DNA of 64,000 bases, from assembly GCA_965235115.1 (NCBI GenBank), contig OZ249436.1, positions 1,490,001-1,554,000 on the forward strand. Direction: 5' to 3'. Source of the DNA: Laetmonice hystrix (Eukaryota). The notes below the pieces were generated by a model. That model was not told the DNA's origin and did no database searches. It was given only the letters and a program-made list of their open reading frames with translations. Position numbers and translations under genes: made by a program. This document shows, piece by piece, positions 43,627 through 56,582 of this stretch; position 1 is the stretch's first letter; each line of letters begins with the position of its first letter.

Positions 43627-46404
43627 TAAGTTGGTATGACCACCGCTACCACTGGTTACCATGATAAGTTGCTATCGGCGATATCACTGTACTGAGCACC
43701 GTTACCACTGGTTACCATGATAAGTTGCTATCGGCGATATCACTGTACTGAGCACCGTTACCACTGGTTACCATGATAAGTTGGTATCGGCGATGTCACC
43801 GTACTGAGCACCGTTACCACTGGTTACCATGATAAGTTGGTATCGGCGATGTTACTGTACCGAGCACCGTTACCACTGGTTACCATGATAAGTTGCTATC
43901 GGCGATATCACTGTACCGAGCACCGTTACCACTGGTTACCATGATAAGTTGCTATCGGCGATGTCATCGTACTGAGCACCGCTACCACTGGTTACCATGA
44001 TAAGTTGCTATCGGCGATATCACCGTACTGAGCACCGTTACCACTGGTTACCATGATAAGTTGGTATCGGCGATATCACCGTACTGAGCACCGTTACCAC
44101 TGGTTACCATGATAAGTTGGTATCGGCGATGTCACCGTACTGAGCACCGTTACCACTGGTTACCATGATAAGTTGGTATCGGCGATGTTACTGTTACACG
44201 TTCTATGACCGTACTGAGCACCGTTACCATTGGTTACCATGATAAGTTGGTATCGGCGATGTTACTGTTACACGTTTTATGACTGTACTGAGCACCGTTA
44301 CCACTGGTTACCATGATAAGTTGGTATCGGCGATATCACTGTACTGAGCACCGTTACCATTGGTTACCATGATAAGTTGGTATCGGCGATGTTACTGTAC
44401 CGAGCACCGTTACCACTGGTTACCATGATAAGTTGCTATCGGCGATATCACCGTACTGAGCACCGCTACCACTGGTTACCATGATAAGTTGCTATCGGCG
44501 ATATCACTGTACTGAGCACCGCTACCACTGGTTACCATGATAAGTTGGTATCGGCGATGTCACCGTACTGAGCACCGTTACCACTGGTTACCATGATAAG
44601 TTGGTATCGGCGATGTCACCGTACTGAGCACCGTTACCACTGGTTACCATGATAAGTTGGTATCGGCGATGTTACTGTTACACGTTCTATGACTGTACTG
44701 AGCACCGTTACCACTGGTTACCATGATAAGTTGGTATCGGCGATGTTACTGTTACACGTTCTATGACTGTACTGAGCACCGTTACCACTGGTTACAATGA
44801 TAAGTTGGTATCGGCGATATCACTGTACTGAACACCGTTACCACTGGTTACCATGATAAGTTGGTATCGGCGATGTTACTGTTACACATTCTATGACTGT
44901 ACTGAACACCGTTATCACTGGTTACCATGATAAGTTGGTATCGGCGATGTCACCGTACTGAACACCGTTATCACTGGTTACCATGATAAGTTGGTATCGG
45001 CGATGTCACCGTACTGAACACCGTTATCACTGGTTACCATCATAAGTTGGTATCGGCGATGTTACTGTTACACGTTCTATGACTGTACTGAGCACCGTTA
45101 CCACTGGTTACCATGATAAGTTGGTATCGGCGATGTCACTGTACTGAGCACCGCTACCACTGGTTACCATGATAAGTTGGTATCGGCGATGTTACTGTAC
45201 CGAGCACCGTTACCACTGGTTACCATGATAAGTTGGTATCGGCGATGTCATCGTACTGAGCACCGCTACCACTGGTTACCATGATAAGTTGGTATCGGCG
45301 ATATCACCGTACAAGTACCGTTACCACTGGTTACCATGATAAGTTGGTATCGGCGATATCACTGTACTGAGCACCGTTACCATTGGTTACCATGATAAGT
45401 TGGTATCGGCGATGTCACCGTACTGAGCACCGTTACCACTGGTTACCATGATAAGTTGGTATCGGCGATGTTACTGTACTGAGCACCGTTACCACTGGTT
45501 ACCATGATAAGTTGGTATCGGCGATGTCACTGTACTGAGCACCGCTACCACTGGTTACCATGATAAGTTGGTATCGGCGATGTTACTGTACCGAGCACCG
45601 TTACCACTGGTTACCATGATAAGTTGGTATCGGCGATGTCATCGTACTGAGCACCGCTACCACTGGTTACCATGATAAGTTGGTATCGGCGATATCACCG
45701 TACAAGTACCGTTACCACTGGTTACCATGATAAGTTGGTATCGGCGATATCACTGTACTGAGCACCGTTACCATTGGTTACCATGATAAGTTGGTATCGG
45801 CGATGTCACCGTACTGAGCACCGTTACCACTGGTTACCATGATAAGTTGGTATCGGCGATGTTACTGTACTGAGCACCGTTACCACTGGTTACCATGATA
45901 AGTTGGTATCGGCGATGTCACCGTACTGAGCACCGTTACCACTGGTTACCATGATAAGTTGGTATCGGCGATGTCACCGTACTGAGCACCGTTACCACTG
46001 GTTACCATGATAAGTTGGTATCGGCGATGTCACCGTACTGAGCACCGTTACCACTGGTTACCATGATAAGTTGGTATCGGCGATATCACTGTACTGAGCA
46101 CCGTTACCATTGGTTACCATGATAAGTTGGTATCGGCGATATCACTGTACTGAGCACCGTTACCACTGGTTACCATGATAAGTTGGTATCGGTGATGTCA
46201 CCGTACTGAGCACCGTTACCATTGGTTACCATCATAAGTTGGTATCGGCGATGTTACTGTACTGAGCACCGTTACCACTGGTTACCATGATAAGTTGGTA
46301 TCGGCGATATCACCGTACAAGTACCGTTACCACTGGTTACCATGATAAGTTGGTATCGGCGATATCACTTTACTGAGCACCGTTACCACTGGTTACCATG
46401 ATAA
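43627..46404. repeat. 56-bp (74-bp variant) minisatellite, about 47 copies
   Basis: TAAGTTGGTATCGGCGATGTCACCGTACTGAGCACCGTTACCACTGGTTACCATGA. Confidence 0.97.
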
Positions 46405-49300
46405 CGACTCGGTATAGCCCCCCCCCCCTCCGCTCCAGTGGCACAACATCAGCCCTCACGCACACCCCAACCCCCACCCCACCCCAACCACAACCACGTA
46501 CAGCTGATTAATGACAGTATACAACATGTCAGACAGTATATAAACTGGTGATATTAACAACGGGCCTGGATCAGCCCGTCCCGCATACACTCAATCTCAC
46601 ACACTCACAGAGTGCCAAGTGGTGCACATACAGGAGGAATATAGGCTACATGATTTGATATTATATATGATATAGTGACGATTCCCTGGCGGAGTAGACA
46701 GGGAGACTGCATGTGCATCAATTGACATTACCCAGCGAGTCATACCAAGCCCTAGATTAACACCGTCATGTAGTGGTTGGCACCATTCTACACTATTTTA
46801 TTAACTTAAACAATATCCCCTTCCGTCCTCCACACAGATGGGGCTGTGTACTTTTTGTCTGTAGAGATCGAGGTACGTAGGAGAGGAAATTCCCGGCTAT
46901 CTTGGCAACCATCCTCTCAAAGGGATCATGCACCAGTCGTCAACAGTCGACTGGCGCGAAAATAAGGCCTTTCGTGAGAAATCGTCAAAAAAAGTTTATT
47001 TCTCTTGCCATTTTGTGATGAGATATTTTTTTCATGCCGTTTTGATGAGATATTTCCGTAAGACATTTTTCGTGATGGTTTGATAAGATATTTTATCATA
47101 ATGTTAGGCCAAAATGGCAACTGTCGTCCTTAAAATTACACTGTAAAACATAGGGGATGTAATGCACAAATTGTCATTCCTATAGTTCCTAAAAACCTTA
47201 TTCATAACAACTGACTGTAATTTTCTGGTCTCCATTTGTAAATCTGCATTACATGTTTGATTTAAAAAAAACGTACTTTACCAAGTGTACATTTGAGAAG
47301 GCCACAGAGGCGGATATTATTTAAGTATGGATTGTTTTTCTGATCAAGTATAATAACAACATCCTTCCCGCCTGGCCAGTAGACACGGAATCACTCACCC
47401 CTCCGTAGGATCCAAACATCACGTTAACCGGTTAAGGCGTCCAAGAAAATTCCGCCGTTTGCGCAACTTTGCCGGCTTTCCTTCTTTGATTTCATCTTCC
47501 ATTTTAACCAAACCGAAGTATTCGGCTGGGTTGTCTCGTGTGAGCGCGTCAATAATGTCAAATAACAAGTACAAGCACTGGAGATGGATGTACGGCCCGG
47601 ATGGGAACTCCAGCTTCATGCCGTCTGCCGTAATATACCACGGCCAAGAGGACACTGCCCCGACCCCGCCTCTACAGCCGCAACAGCCGTCGCCCAATGA
47701 AGTTAAGTAGAGCACCGTCCTCGTGTATAGCCCAGTCGTAATATACTTCACATGGAGCCGATGGCAACATTATTCCCGCACGTTGTGTGAGCTTGTGTGA
47801 GCTTGTGTATGCTCTGGGTAAACTACCAACACTTCTCGCTGTCGACCTTTCACATCTCGAGCCTTCGAGAGAGAAAACGACTCATTTGCATAGACACGTG
47901 GTCGGCCGATAGGAGCTCAAAAGTCCAGAGTTCATAATGTTGTACGTGTATTCCCGAGTATACGCCGACAGTTGGCCGTGATCAAACCACAGCTAAAAAA
48001 AAGTCAACAGTTCTAATAAACTTAGTGTACATGGTAGGTCTATACATTTACTAAGTTTCCAACTATATCGTTTGGGTGTTACATGTATGGGCTTATCCCC
48101 CGATCAAGGATCTCACTTTCATATTATTAAAACGTATTCTCACAATTAAGGGCGTATATACATATGTTTTGAGACCTCACCGCCTGAAATCTGCTGCCCC
48201 GGATGAGAATGACAATTATTTCCTGTAGTGTAATTAGGCAATCGACATGACACATCAGCGGAAGGGAATTCGACGTGACTGTCGTCTGTTTTTTTATGAC
48301 GTCATCCCCCCTGACACATTGACCTCTGTGGCACGGCGCCGCCTATCCCTATTTCCTGGCGATGACCACAAGCGAAGGTTCATTGTGTGTGGACATAACT
48401 CAGGTGTCTAGGTCGAATCGTTTCATGGTGACATCAGGTGTCATCAGGTGAGATAAAATTTGACAGCACTCATAATTTCTTATGATCTTGTCGCCACAGA
48501 CGTCCTCATAACTTTGGGGTCGTTCATGTCTCATCTTTTCCGCGCGCAGTAGAATATTTAATGGAGGTAACTCGACCTAACTGTTCATAATTAGTTTGAA
48601 ATCAGGATTAATATCTGGGTACAATTCTGAGTGGACCTAAATGTGTAATACACTTTTGTAGTTTGATGCAAGCGAATATATTAAGACATTGTTGGTGTTA
48701 ATGTGTGTGATCTGCGGAAGGGTGGTGGAAAACGGAGATTATGTCTAAATACTTGTTGTTTTCCACGGGCTCCATGCTCCCTTCAGCTAGGGTGGTGGCG
48801 GTGGTGAGGGGTGAGGGGGGAGGTAGCCTCGTGCGTGCTCACGACCAGGGAGGTCGGGGTGGGGGTGCGGTGACCTTCAGACGATCCTCTACATTATGGA
48901 CAGGACGTTTTGTAGACGACCTGTCGATCCTGGTGGCAGGTTGCCTCAAGTGGGCCACAATCAAAGCCGTGGGGGAGGGGCGGGGGGGGGGGGGGGTCGG
49001 TGCAGGGGGGGGGGGAGGGGCTGATTCACCTACCAGACCCTGACGTCAGGAATATCCTGTTTATGCCAGATAAACTCTGTACAGAGGCTTTGTCTAACAC
49101 AACCACAACCTGGTCGTCATGCCGGTGTAGAGAAGAAGAGAAAAACACGCCATGGTTCCCTTCTGTCACACACAGCAGTTGGTTACTTTCAATGTTAGGT
49201 AACCATGACAACCGCTATAGCTAGGTGACACCAAAGAACCGATCCTGCATGGGGCTCAAATAGAATCATACGATACCTTTTTATGTGACTTGTGTAAAGA

Positions 49301-51098
49301 ATTATTCATTCGCTAGTGAACGGTTGGGGTTCTAAGTAATGTGAGGGTCTTTATCTCAGGGGTTCTAGGCCTAAGTAATGTGAGGGTCTTTATCCCAGGG
49401 GTTCTAAGTAATGTGAGGGTCTTTATCTCAGGCTCATATAAAGATTATTCATTCGCTACTGAACGGTTGGGGTTCTAAGTAATGTGAGGGTCTTTATCTC
49501 AGGCTCATATAAAGATTATTCATTCGTTACTGAACGGTTGGGGTTCTAAGTAATGTGAGGGTCTTTATCTCAGGGGTTCTAAGTAATGTGAGGGTCTTTA
49601 TCTCAGGCTTATTCATTCGTTACTGAACGGTTGGGGTTCTAAGTAATGTGAGGGTTTTTATCTCAGGCTCATATAAAGATTATTCATTCGCTACTGAACG
49701 GTTGGGGTTCTAAGTAATGTGAGGGTCTTTATCTCAGGCTCATATAAAGATTATTCATTCGCTACTGAACGGTTGGGGTTCTAAGTAATGTGAGGGTCTT
49801 TATCTCAGGCTCATATAAAGATTATTCATTCGCTACTGAACGGTTGGGGTTCTAAGTAATGTGAGGGTCTTTATCTCAGGGGTTCTAAGTAATGTGAGGG
49901 TCTTTATCTCAGGCTTATTCATTCGTTATACTGAACGGTTGGGGTTCTAAGTAATGTGAGGGTCTTTATCCCAGGGGTTCTAAGTAATGTGAGGGTCTTT
50001 ATCTCAGGCTCATATAAAGATTATTCATTCGCTACTGAACGGTTGGGGTTCTAAGTAATGTGAGGGTCTTTATCTCAGGCTCATATAAAGATTATTCATT
50101 CGCTACTGAACGGTTGGGGTTCTAAGTAATGTGAGGGTCTTTATCTCAGGCTTATTCATTCGTTACTGAACGGTTGGGGTTCTAAGTAATGTGAGGGTCT
50201 TTATCTCAGGCTCATATAAAGATTATTCATTCGCTACTGAACGGTTGGGGTTCTAAGTAATGTGAGGGTCTTTATCTCAGGCTCATATAAAGATTATTCA
50301 TTCGCTACTGAACGGTTGGGGTTCTAAGTAATGTGAGGGTCTTTATCTCAGGCTCATATAAAGATTATTCATTCGCTACTGAACGGTTGGGGTTCTAAGT
50401 AATGTGAGGGTCTTTATCTCAGGCTCATATAAAGATTATTCATTCGCTACTGAACGGTTGGGGTTCTAAGTAATATGAGGGTCTTTATCTCAGGCTCATA
50501 TAAAGATTATTCATTCGCTACTGAACGGTTGGGGTTCTAAGTAATGTGAGGGTCTTTATCTCAGGGGTTCTAAGTAATGTGAGGGTCTTTATCTCAGGCT
50601 CATATAAAGATTATTCATTCGTTACTGAACGGTTGGGGTTCTAAGTAATGTGAGGGTCTTTATCTCAGGCTTATTCATTCGTTACTGAACGGTTGGGGTT
50701 CTAAGTAATGTGAGGGTCTTTATCTCAGGCTTATTCATTCGTTACTGAACGGTTGGGGTTCTAAGTAATGTGAGGGTCTTTATCTCAGGCTCATATAAAG
50801 ATTATTCATTCGCTACTGAACGGTTGGGGTTCTAAGTAATGTGAGGGTCTTTATCTCAGGCTCATATAAAGATTATTCATTCGCTACTGAACGGTTGGGG
50901 TTCTAAGTAATGTGAGGGTCTTTATCTCAGGGGTTCTAAGTAATGTGAGGGTCTTTATCTCAGGCTTATTCATTCGTTATACTGAACGGTTGGGGTTCTA
51001 AGTAATGTGAGGGTCTTTATCTCAGGCTTATTCATTCGTTACTGAACGGTTGGGGTTCTAAGTAATGTGAGGGTCTTTATCTCAGGCTCATATAAAGA
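49301..51098. repeat. Composite 71-bp minisatellite with 33-bp subunit and deletion variants
   Basis: GGGGTTCTAAGTAATGTGAGGGTCTTTATCTCA + GGCTCATATAAAGATTATTCATTCGCTACTGAACGGTT. Confidence 0.97.
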
Positions 51099-51278
51099 GA
51101 ACCTGTGTATGTGAAAAAAGCTGTGAAAAACATTCCAATGCTATAGCGTACTTTCACAACGGCCCATACGAAGGCACCGCACTGACTCGTACAAAACATG
51201 GACAACTACTGATCCATCAAACAGTCCAGGAATAAATCTAACCTCTCAGTCGCAGGCCACGCGTACCAATTAGGCCTA

Positions 51279-51558
51279 TGTAACAAGAACACATAAACAG
51301 TACTGTAGGCCTATACTCTAAGTGTAACAAGAATACATAAACAGTAGGCCTATACTTTAAGTGTAACAACAATACATAAACAGCAGGCCTATACTCTAAG
51401 TGTAACAAGAATACATAAACAGCAGGCCTATACTCTAAGTGTAACAAGAATACATAAACAGTAGGCCTATACTCTAAGTGTAACAAGAATACATAAACAG
51501 CAGGCCTATACTCTAAGTGTAACAAGAATACATAAACAATAGTCCTATACTCTAAGTG
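51279..51558. repeat. 39-bp minisatellite, about 7 copies
   Basis: TGTAACAAGAATACATAAACAGYAGGCCTATACTCTAAG. Confidence 0.93.
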
Positions 51559-52479
51559 GGAGTTTTAATGGAGGGTTATGCGTGATCTTGAAATACAATA
51601 ATTGTCAGCCATTATTGTAAGTATGTACGTAAAACAAAATAGCCTGATTTTGGCCTGATTGGTGGCCGCAACGATTAAGAATTTGTAAGGGGAGGTGCTA
51701 GATATAATAAGCATCCGGCTATACCGTGTAGGCCTATTCAGAATATTCGACTGCGCTGCTGTGTACTATAGTGTATGATACCAATAACGAAGATAATGAT
51801 CAGGAAGGTCAGGAAGAATCACACTTAGATGCATGAAAAAAAGGGTTCAGAAGAACGCTAAAGTGAGTTAATTGCGACCCTATAGCGGGAATTTTGGTAT
51901 AATTTGGGTTGTTGATATTTGCTGCACCTGCCTGCCCGTTGCGGCAATGTACTGGCCCCTGGCAATGTACTGTCCTAGCGGCAGTACTAAATGGCCAGGG
52001 ACTCTTTGATCCACGCCCCGTACCCACCAACTGAGGCCTGCGCCAACTTTACAGCGCTTGTTATGGGGCCCAGGCCGCCTTGTGCTACTGTCCAGCCACC
52101 ACCAATTACACCTAGCGCCACCTAGCTGATGGCACCCGCACTACAACATGTGGATCCCACCTGCCAATCAGCGGTGTTCCCTACGCCTCGTTCACGACGC
52201 ACGCGGCAATCATAGGGTACACATACCAATATCATTATCATTCACTGGTCTTTGAGCCCGTCAAGGCACTGGAATATTGCCAGCAGTAAACAAGTACTGT
52301 TATCTTCGTATGTGATGGTCTAAAGTGGTAAGTGCATGCAGTACTGGCCAAAAACCGCTTTCAACGCTGTAGGTTTGGTCATGGAATTAAATGTGGGCTG
52401 GTCTACCTACCCATCAAGCCGTGGCGGTGGCGGCCTACACATCTATAACCGTAGCCGTGTACCAATCTAATCCCGGCAG

Positions 52480-53442
52480 ACAGTGTACCCATCAAACCCC
52501 GGCAGTGTACCCGTCAAACCGCGGTAGGGTACCCATCAAACTGCGGCGGTGTACCGATCTAATCCACGGCAATGTAGGCCCCTACCCATCAAACCCCGGC
52601 AGAGTAGCCTACCCGTCAAACCGCGGTAGGGTACAGAAAGCCCTCACTCTAGTGTTTGCTAGAGTATAAGGCCAGACAGTACATGTTGGCAGCCCTCACT
52701 GTAGTGTTTGCTCGAGTATAAGGCCAGTCAATACATGTAGGGAGCCCTCACTGTAGTGTTTGTTCCAGTCTGAGGCCGGTCAATACATCTAGAGAGCCCT
52801 CGCTGTAGTGTTTGCTCGAGTATGACGCCACTCAATACCAAGGCCAGTCATTACATGGAGGGGGCCCTCCCTGTAGAGCTTGCTTGACAATAAGGCCAGT
52901 CAATACATGTACGGAGCCCTCACTGTAGTGTTTGCTCGAGTATAAGGCCAGTCAGTCCATGCGGGGCAGCCCTCACTGTAGTGTTAAATTTGCTGCAATC
53001 TGAGGCCAGTCAATACGTGTAGGGAGCCCTAACTGTAGTGTTTGCTCCAGTCTAAGCCAGTGAATACATGTAGGGAGCCCTCACTGTAGTATTTGTTCCA
53101 GCCCAATGGCATTCAATACAGGGAGCCCTCATTGTAGTGTTTGCTTCAGTCTAAGCTCAGTCAATACATGTAGAGAGCCTTCACTGTAGTGTTTGCTCCA
53201 GTCTAAGGACATTCAGTACATGTAGGGAGTCCTCACTGTAGTGTTTGTTTCGAGAATAAGTTGCACCCATCTAACCCCGGCAGTGTACCCATCAAACCCG
53301 GCAGTGTACCCATCAAACCCCGGCAGTGTACCCATCAAACCCCGGCAGTGTAGGCGCGCTACCCGTCAAACCCCGGCAGTGTACCCGTCAAACCGCGGCA
53401 GTGTATAGTTCTGTCAAACCGCGGTAGGGTAGGCCTACCCAT
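52480..53442. repeat. About 22-bp degenerate repeat interrupted by a diverged about 52-bp array (52638-53260)
   Basis: ACCCATCAAACCCCGGCAGTGT units flank AGCCCTCACTGTAGTGTTTGCTC..CAATACATGTAGGG units. Confidence 0.88.
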
Positions 53443-53491
53443 TCTTTTAATTTCAGAGTAGGCCGATATTGTTTTAGTTATACATCGTCAG

Positions 53492-53542
53492 ACAGCAGGT
53501 GGCGCCACAGTATGATTGTCGTGTATTTAGCGCCATCTGTCG
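53492..53542. promoter_or_regulatory. Convergent pair of CTCF-like motifs
   Basis: ACAGCAGGTGGCGCCAC on + and CGACAGATGGCGCTA on -; both fit the core AGRKGGCGC. Confidence 0.5.
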
Positions 53543-54007
53543 CCAAGACTGAGAGTCTTGATTTTTCAGAAAAAAAGGGAGACAATAGAACTCTAGCACT
53601 TAAAAATAAAGGTTTAGAAAAAAATCTGGAAATGTATAGGAAAACGGGCATTCTTCAGCATTCACAAGCTAACTTGCAAATTTGGGCAGTCAGAGCCTAA
53701 TGGTAAATCGGAATCGGGGTTCATCTTTTTATACCTCAGAGGCACATTGTACATTTAGGTACATTTATAGCCTAATGGATGATACATTGCTGTTTTCGAA
53801 TGGTGTAGACTCTATTCCGTATTCTATTTCTGCCCATTGCTCCACAATCCGACCAAAAATCCGACCACATTTTTTTAATTCTGCCTTGAAATGGTACGGA
53901 AATGTCTTTCGGGGCCCGTTACACCCAACGTACTCAGCATGTTCTCTTCGGTTCTTTCCCCTCACCTCATCATGCTTTGTTTCCGGCGCCGTTTACTGCA
54001 TCCAGGG

Positions 54008-54490
54008 ACACTGCCAATGTTGACACTGCCAATGTTGACACTGCCAATGTCCACGCTTCCATTGTCCACACTCCCAATGTTCACACTGCCAATGTTCACA
54101 CTCCTAATGTTCGCACTGCCAATGTTAACACTGCCAATGTTCACACTCCCAACGTTCACTCTGCCAATGTTCACACTCCCAACGTTCACTCTGCCAATGT
54201 TCACACTCCCAATGTTCACACTGCCAATGTTCACACTCCTAATGTTCACACTGCCAATGTTGACACTGCCAATGTTCACACTGCCAATATTCACACTGCC
54301 AATGTACACACTCCTGGTGTTTGCACTGCCAATGTCCACACTTCCAGTGTTCACACTGCCAATGTCCACACTGCCAATGTCCACACTCCCAATGTCCACA
54401 CTCCCAATGTCCACACTCCCAATGTCCACACTCCCATTGTTCACACTCCCAATGTTCACACTCCCAACGTTCACACTCCCAATGTTCACA
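54008..54490. repeat. 15-bp minisatellite, about 32 copies
   Basis: ACACTSCCAATGTTC. Confidence 0.96.
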
Positions 54491-55169
54491 TCTTCCACCG
54501 TGTGAGAATCGAGTTAAAATCATCACTCCCATGCCTTTCGTAACAGAGACTGCGTAAACTCCATGCCGTGACCATCAAGACAATTGATCACATTTTGTGT
54601 ATGCAAATTTATTAAAGCATAATGGAATCACATAGGGGAGTATATCAGCTCTACCCAGCTAGACAATTTATCGGGGCTTCTCCACAATAAAACAAAAACA
54701 TTGAAATCATGCTACCGTCATCACTTATGGTCCACAGGTCTTTTAGATTAGCCTATCAAACATAACAGTACCTGCAGGGCTGATATATTTCAAGCGATGA
54801 AGCGATGATAATAATCTGTTTGGCAGTGTTCCTCAAATATATAAGTATAATATTTGTATGTCTCAGCCATGATATAGGCCTACTATATTTTGGGATGATT
54901 TTTGGAATCTCGTTGTTCGCACTGTTATACTATGTGTATTATATACCATGTATATTATTTCAATATTACTACATTTGTATTATATATTTTGTAAGTTATA
55001 CACCGACCATTTTCCTATCCTAGAAAGATATTGTATGAGAATTCGGCACGGGAGAACGGCTACCCCTCTGCGCAAACAAGCGTGTCCTTTTAATATTAAT
55101 TGTTACAGTGCGTCCAAGTCTTTAGGAATGAGAGCCGAGGTGTCGCGATGCGTGCTCTGCCGCCCTCCT

Positions 55170-55535
55170 ATGAGGGACTTTGTTACCGTCTTTTCCGCGT
55201 GGCGGCAGCACTATCAACCCGGTCTCCTTGGGCCACATTATTATGACGTTAGATAGGTCGACGAAATGCTAATCTATCGCTAGGTGCCGTAGTGCTATTT
55301 GCTATGAAATATTATGGTACGTTTAGGAGTTCTACAATGTGGTGAAGCCTATCAAGTTATTATTTTTCATAACAAATAGTCTAAACACATCCTGCCACAG
55401 ATTAGCATTTCGTCGTCCTATCTAACGTCATACTAATGTGTAGCCAAGAGGACCGGGCGACAGTGCTGCCGCCAAGCGGATATGACTGGAAATGTGCCGT
55501 TACGCATGCGTCTCAAGGAGTGTGAAGTCCCTCAT
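55170..55535. mobile_element. Fold-back element with about 85-bp inverted arms
   Basis: TCCGCGTGGCGGCAGCACT..GACGTTAGATAGGTCGACGAAATGCTAATCT (55195-55275) is inverted at 55399-55480; outer ATGAGGGACTT / AAGTCCCTCAT. Confidence 0.7.
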
Positions 55536-56013
55536 TGTCACCCATTCCATTGTTTGTGTGTTGTTGGCGCATCTTTACTCGGGCATGTCTCTGCCATTTA
55601 TCTCTTTACACAATGATACTAAGATTTGGCAAGTACCGAGAATCAGTCTAAGCTACAAACACGGCAGAGTTGGCAGACAGGGTTCTACGATCTACGATCA
55701 TTAATGTATGCTTGGCTTGCCAACACCAGGTACCGGATGTAGAATTCTGAAACTCATCCCACACCTCACCAGGGCCATCTTACCCCCTTGTGGGGTCCTG
55801 GGAAGGCCCCAGTGAACGGGCCCCTGGCTCTGGGCCCTGGGCAAGTGCCCTAGCTGTTCACCCTGCGGATAAGACGGTCCTGCACCTCACGTCCAGAAGA
55901 GTACACAAAACTTTTATTAATTAAGATTGGACTGCCCAATCAAAGCCACCGACAATCCTTGGCGCCTGAAGTCAGTGCGTCTGTAATATTGAGTCCACCC
56001 ATGTGTAGACTCT

Positions 56014-56582
56014 TCAATAATCTCTGTGCATATAGGGTACTATAACCAATGTAAACAGGACCGTAAGAAACATGGCTGTCATGAAGATGATAAAGAGAGT
56101 TTTGTCGATAGTTGAAGCCACAAAGTACCACTCCAGTCTTAAGTCACGCTGCTCTTTACGCCGGAAGTGAGACTTCCGCTTGTATAACCGCCGCATTTCG
56201 GACTTCCGCTTACGACTATCCTCTCGCGGGAGTCTCCGGTTTCTCCGTTGCATCTGGATTCCCTCGTGACCAATGGACTCGAGGAACTCCTCCTCAGTCG
56301 AGTAGATATCATCATCCTCTGTCGTTGTTACCGCTGTCGATTCATCCTCTTGCTGCGCGCGTCGCATTCTTTTCTCTGCTTCTGCGCACATCTCGTACAC
56401 GTCATAATAGGTGACGAGAGTTGTACACGTGACTTTGGCCAGGAAGTTCTGGCAGAGTTTCATCAGGGGGACTGGGACTTCGGGGCATGGGTTGCGATCA
56501 CCCTTCTTCTTTATGTTAATTATAAGTGTTGAGAAGAGTAGCGAGATCGAATTCAACGTCATGACCAATGTCAAGAAAAGAC
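56014..56582 (-). CDS. nAChR-like exon 6 (M3, cytoplasmic loop, M4)
   Basis: TTTTTCAG|GT CTT TTC.. LFLTLVMTLNSISLLFSTLIINI..HRDY stop. Minus-strand AATAAA at 55913-55918. Confidence 0.92.

Noticed and set aside
53891..54557. Repetitive ORFs in five frames (TLPMF, VHTAN, CEHWQ)
   Set aside because: A stop-free 15-bp minisatellite with no splice or homology support.
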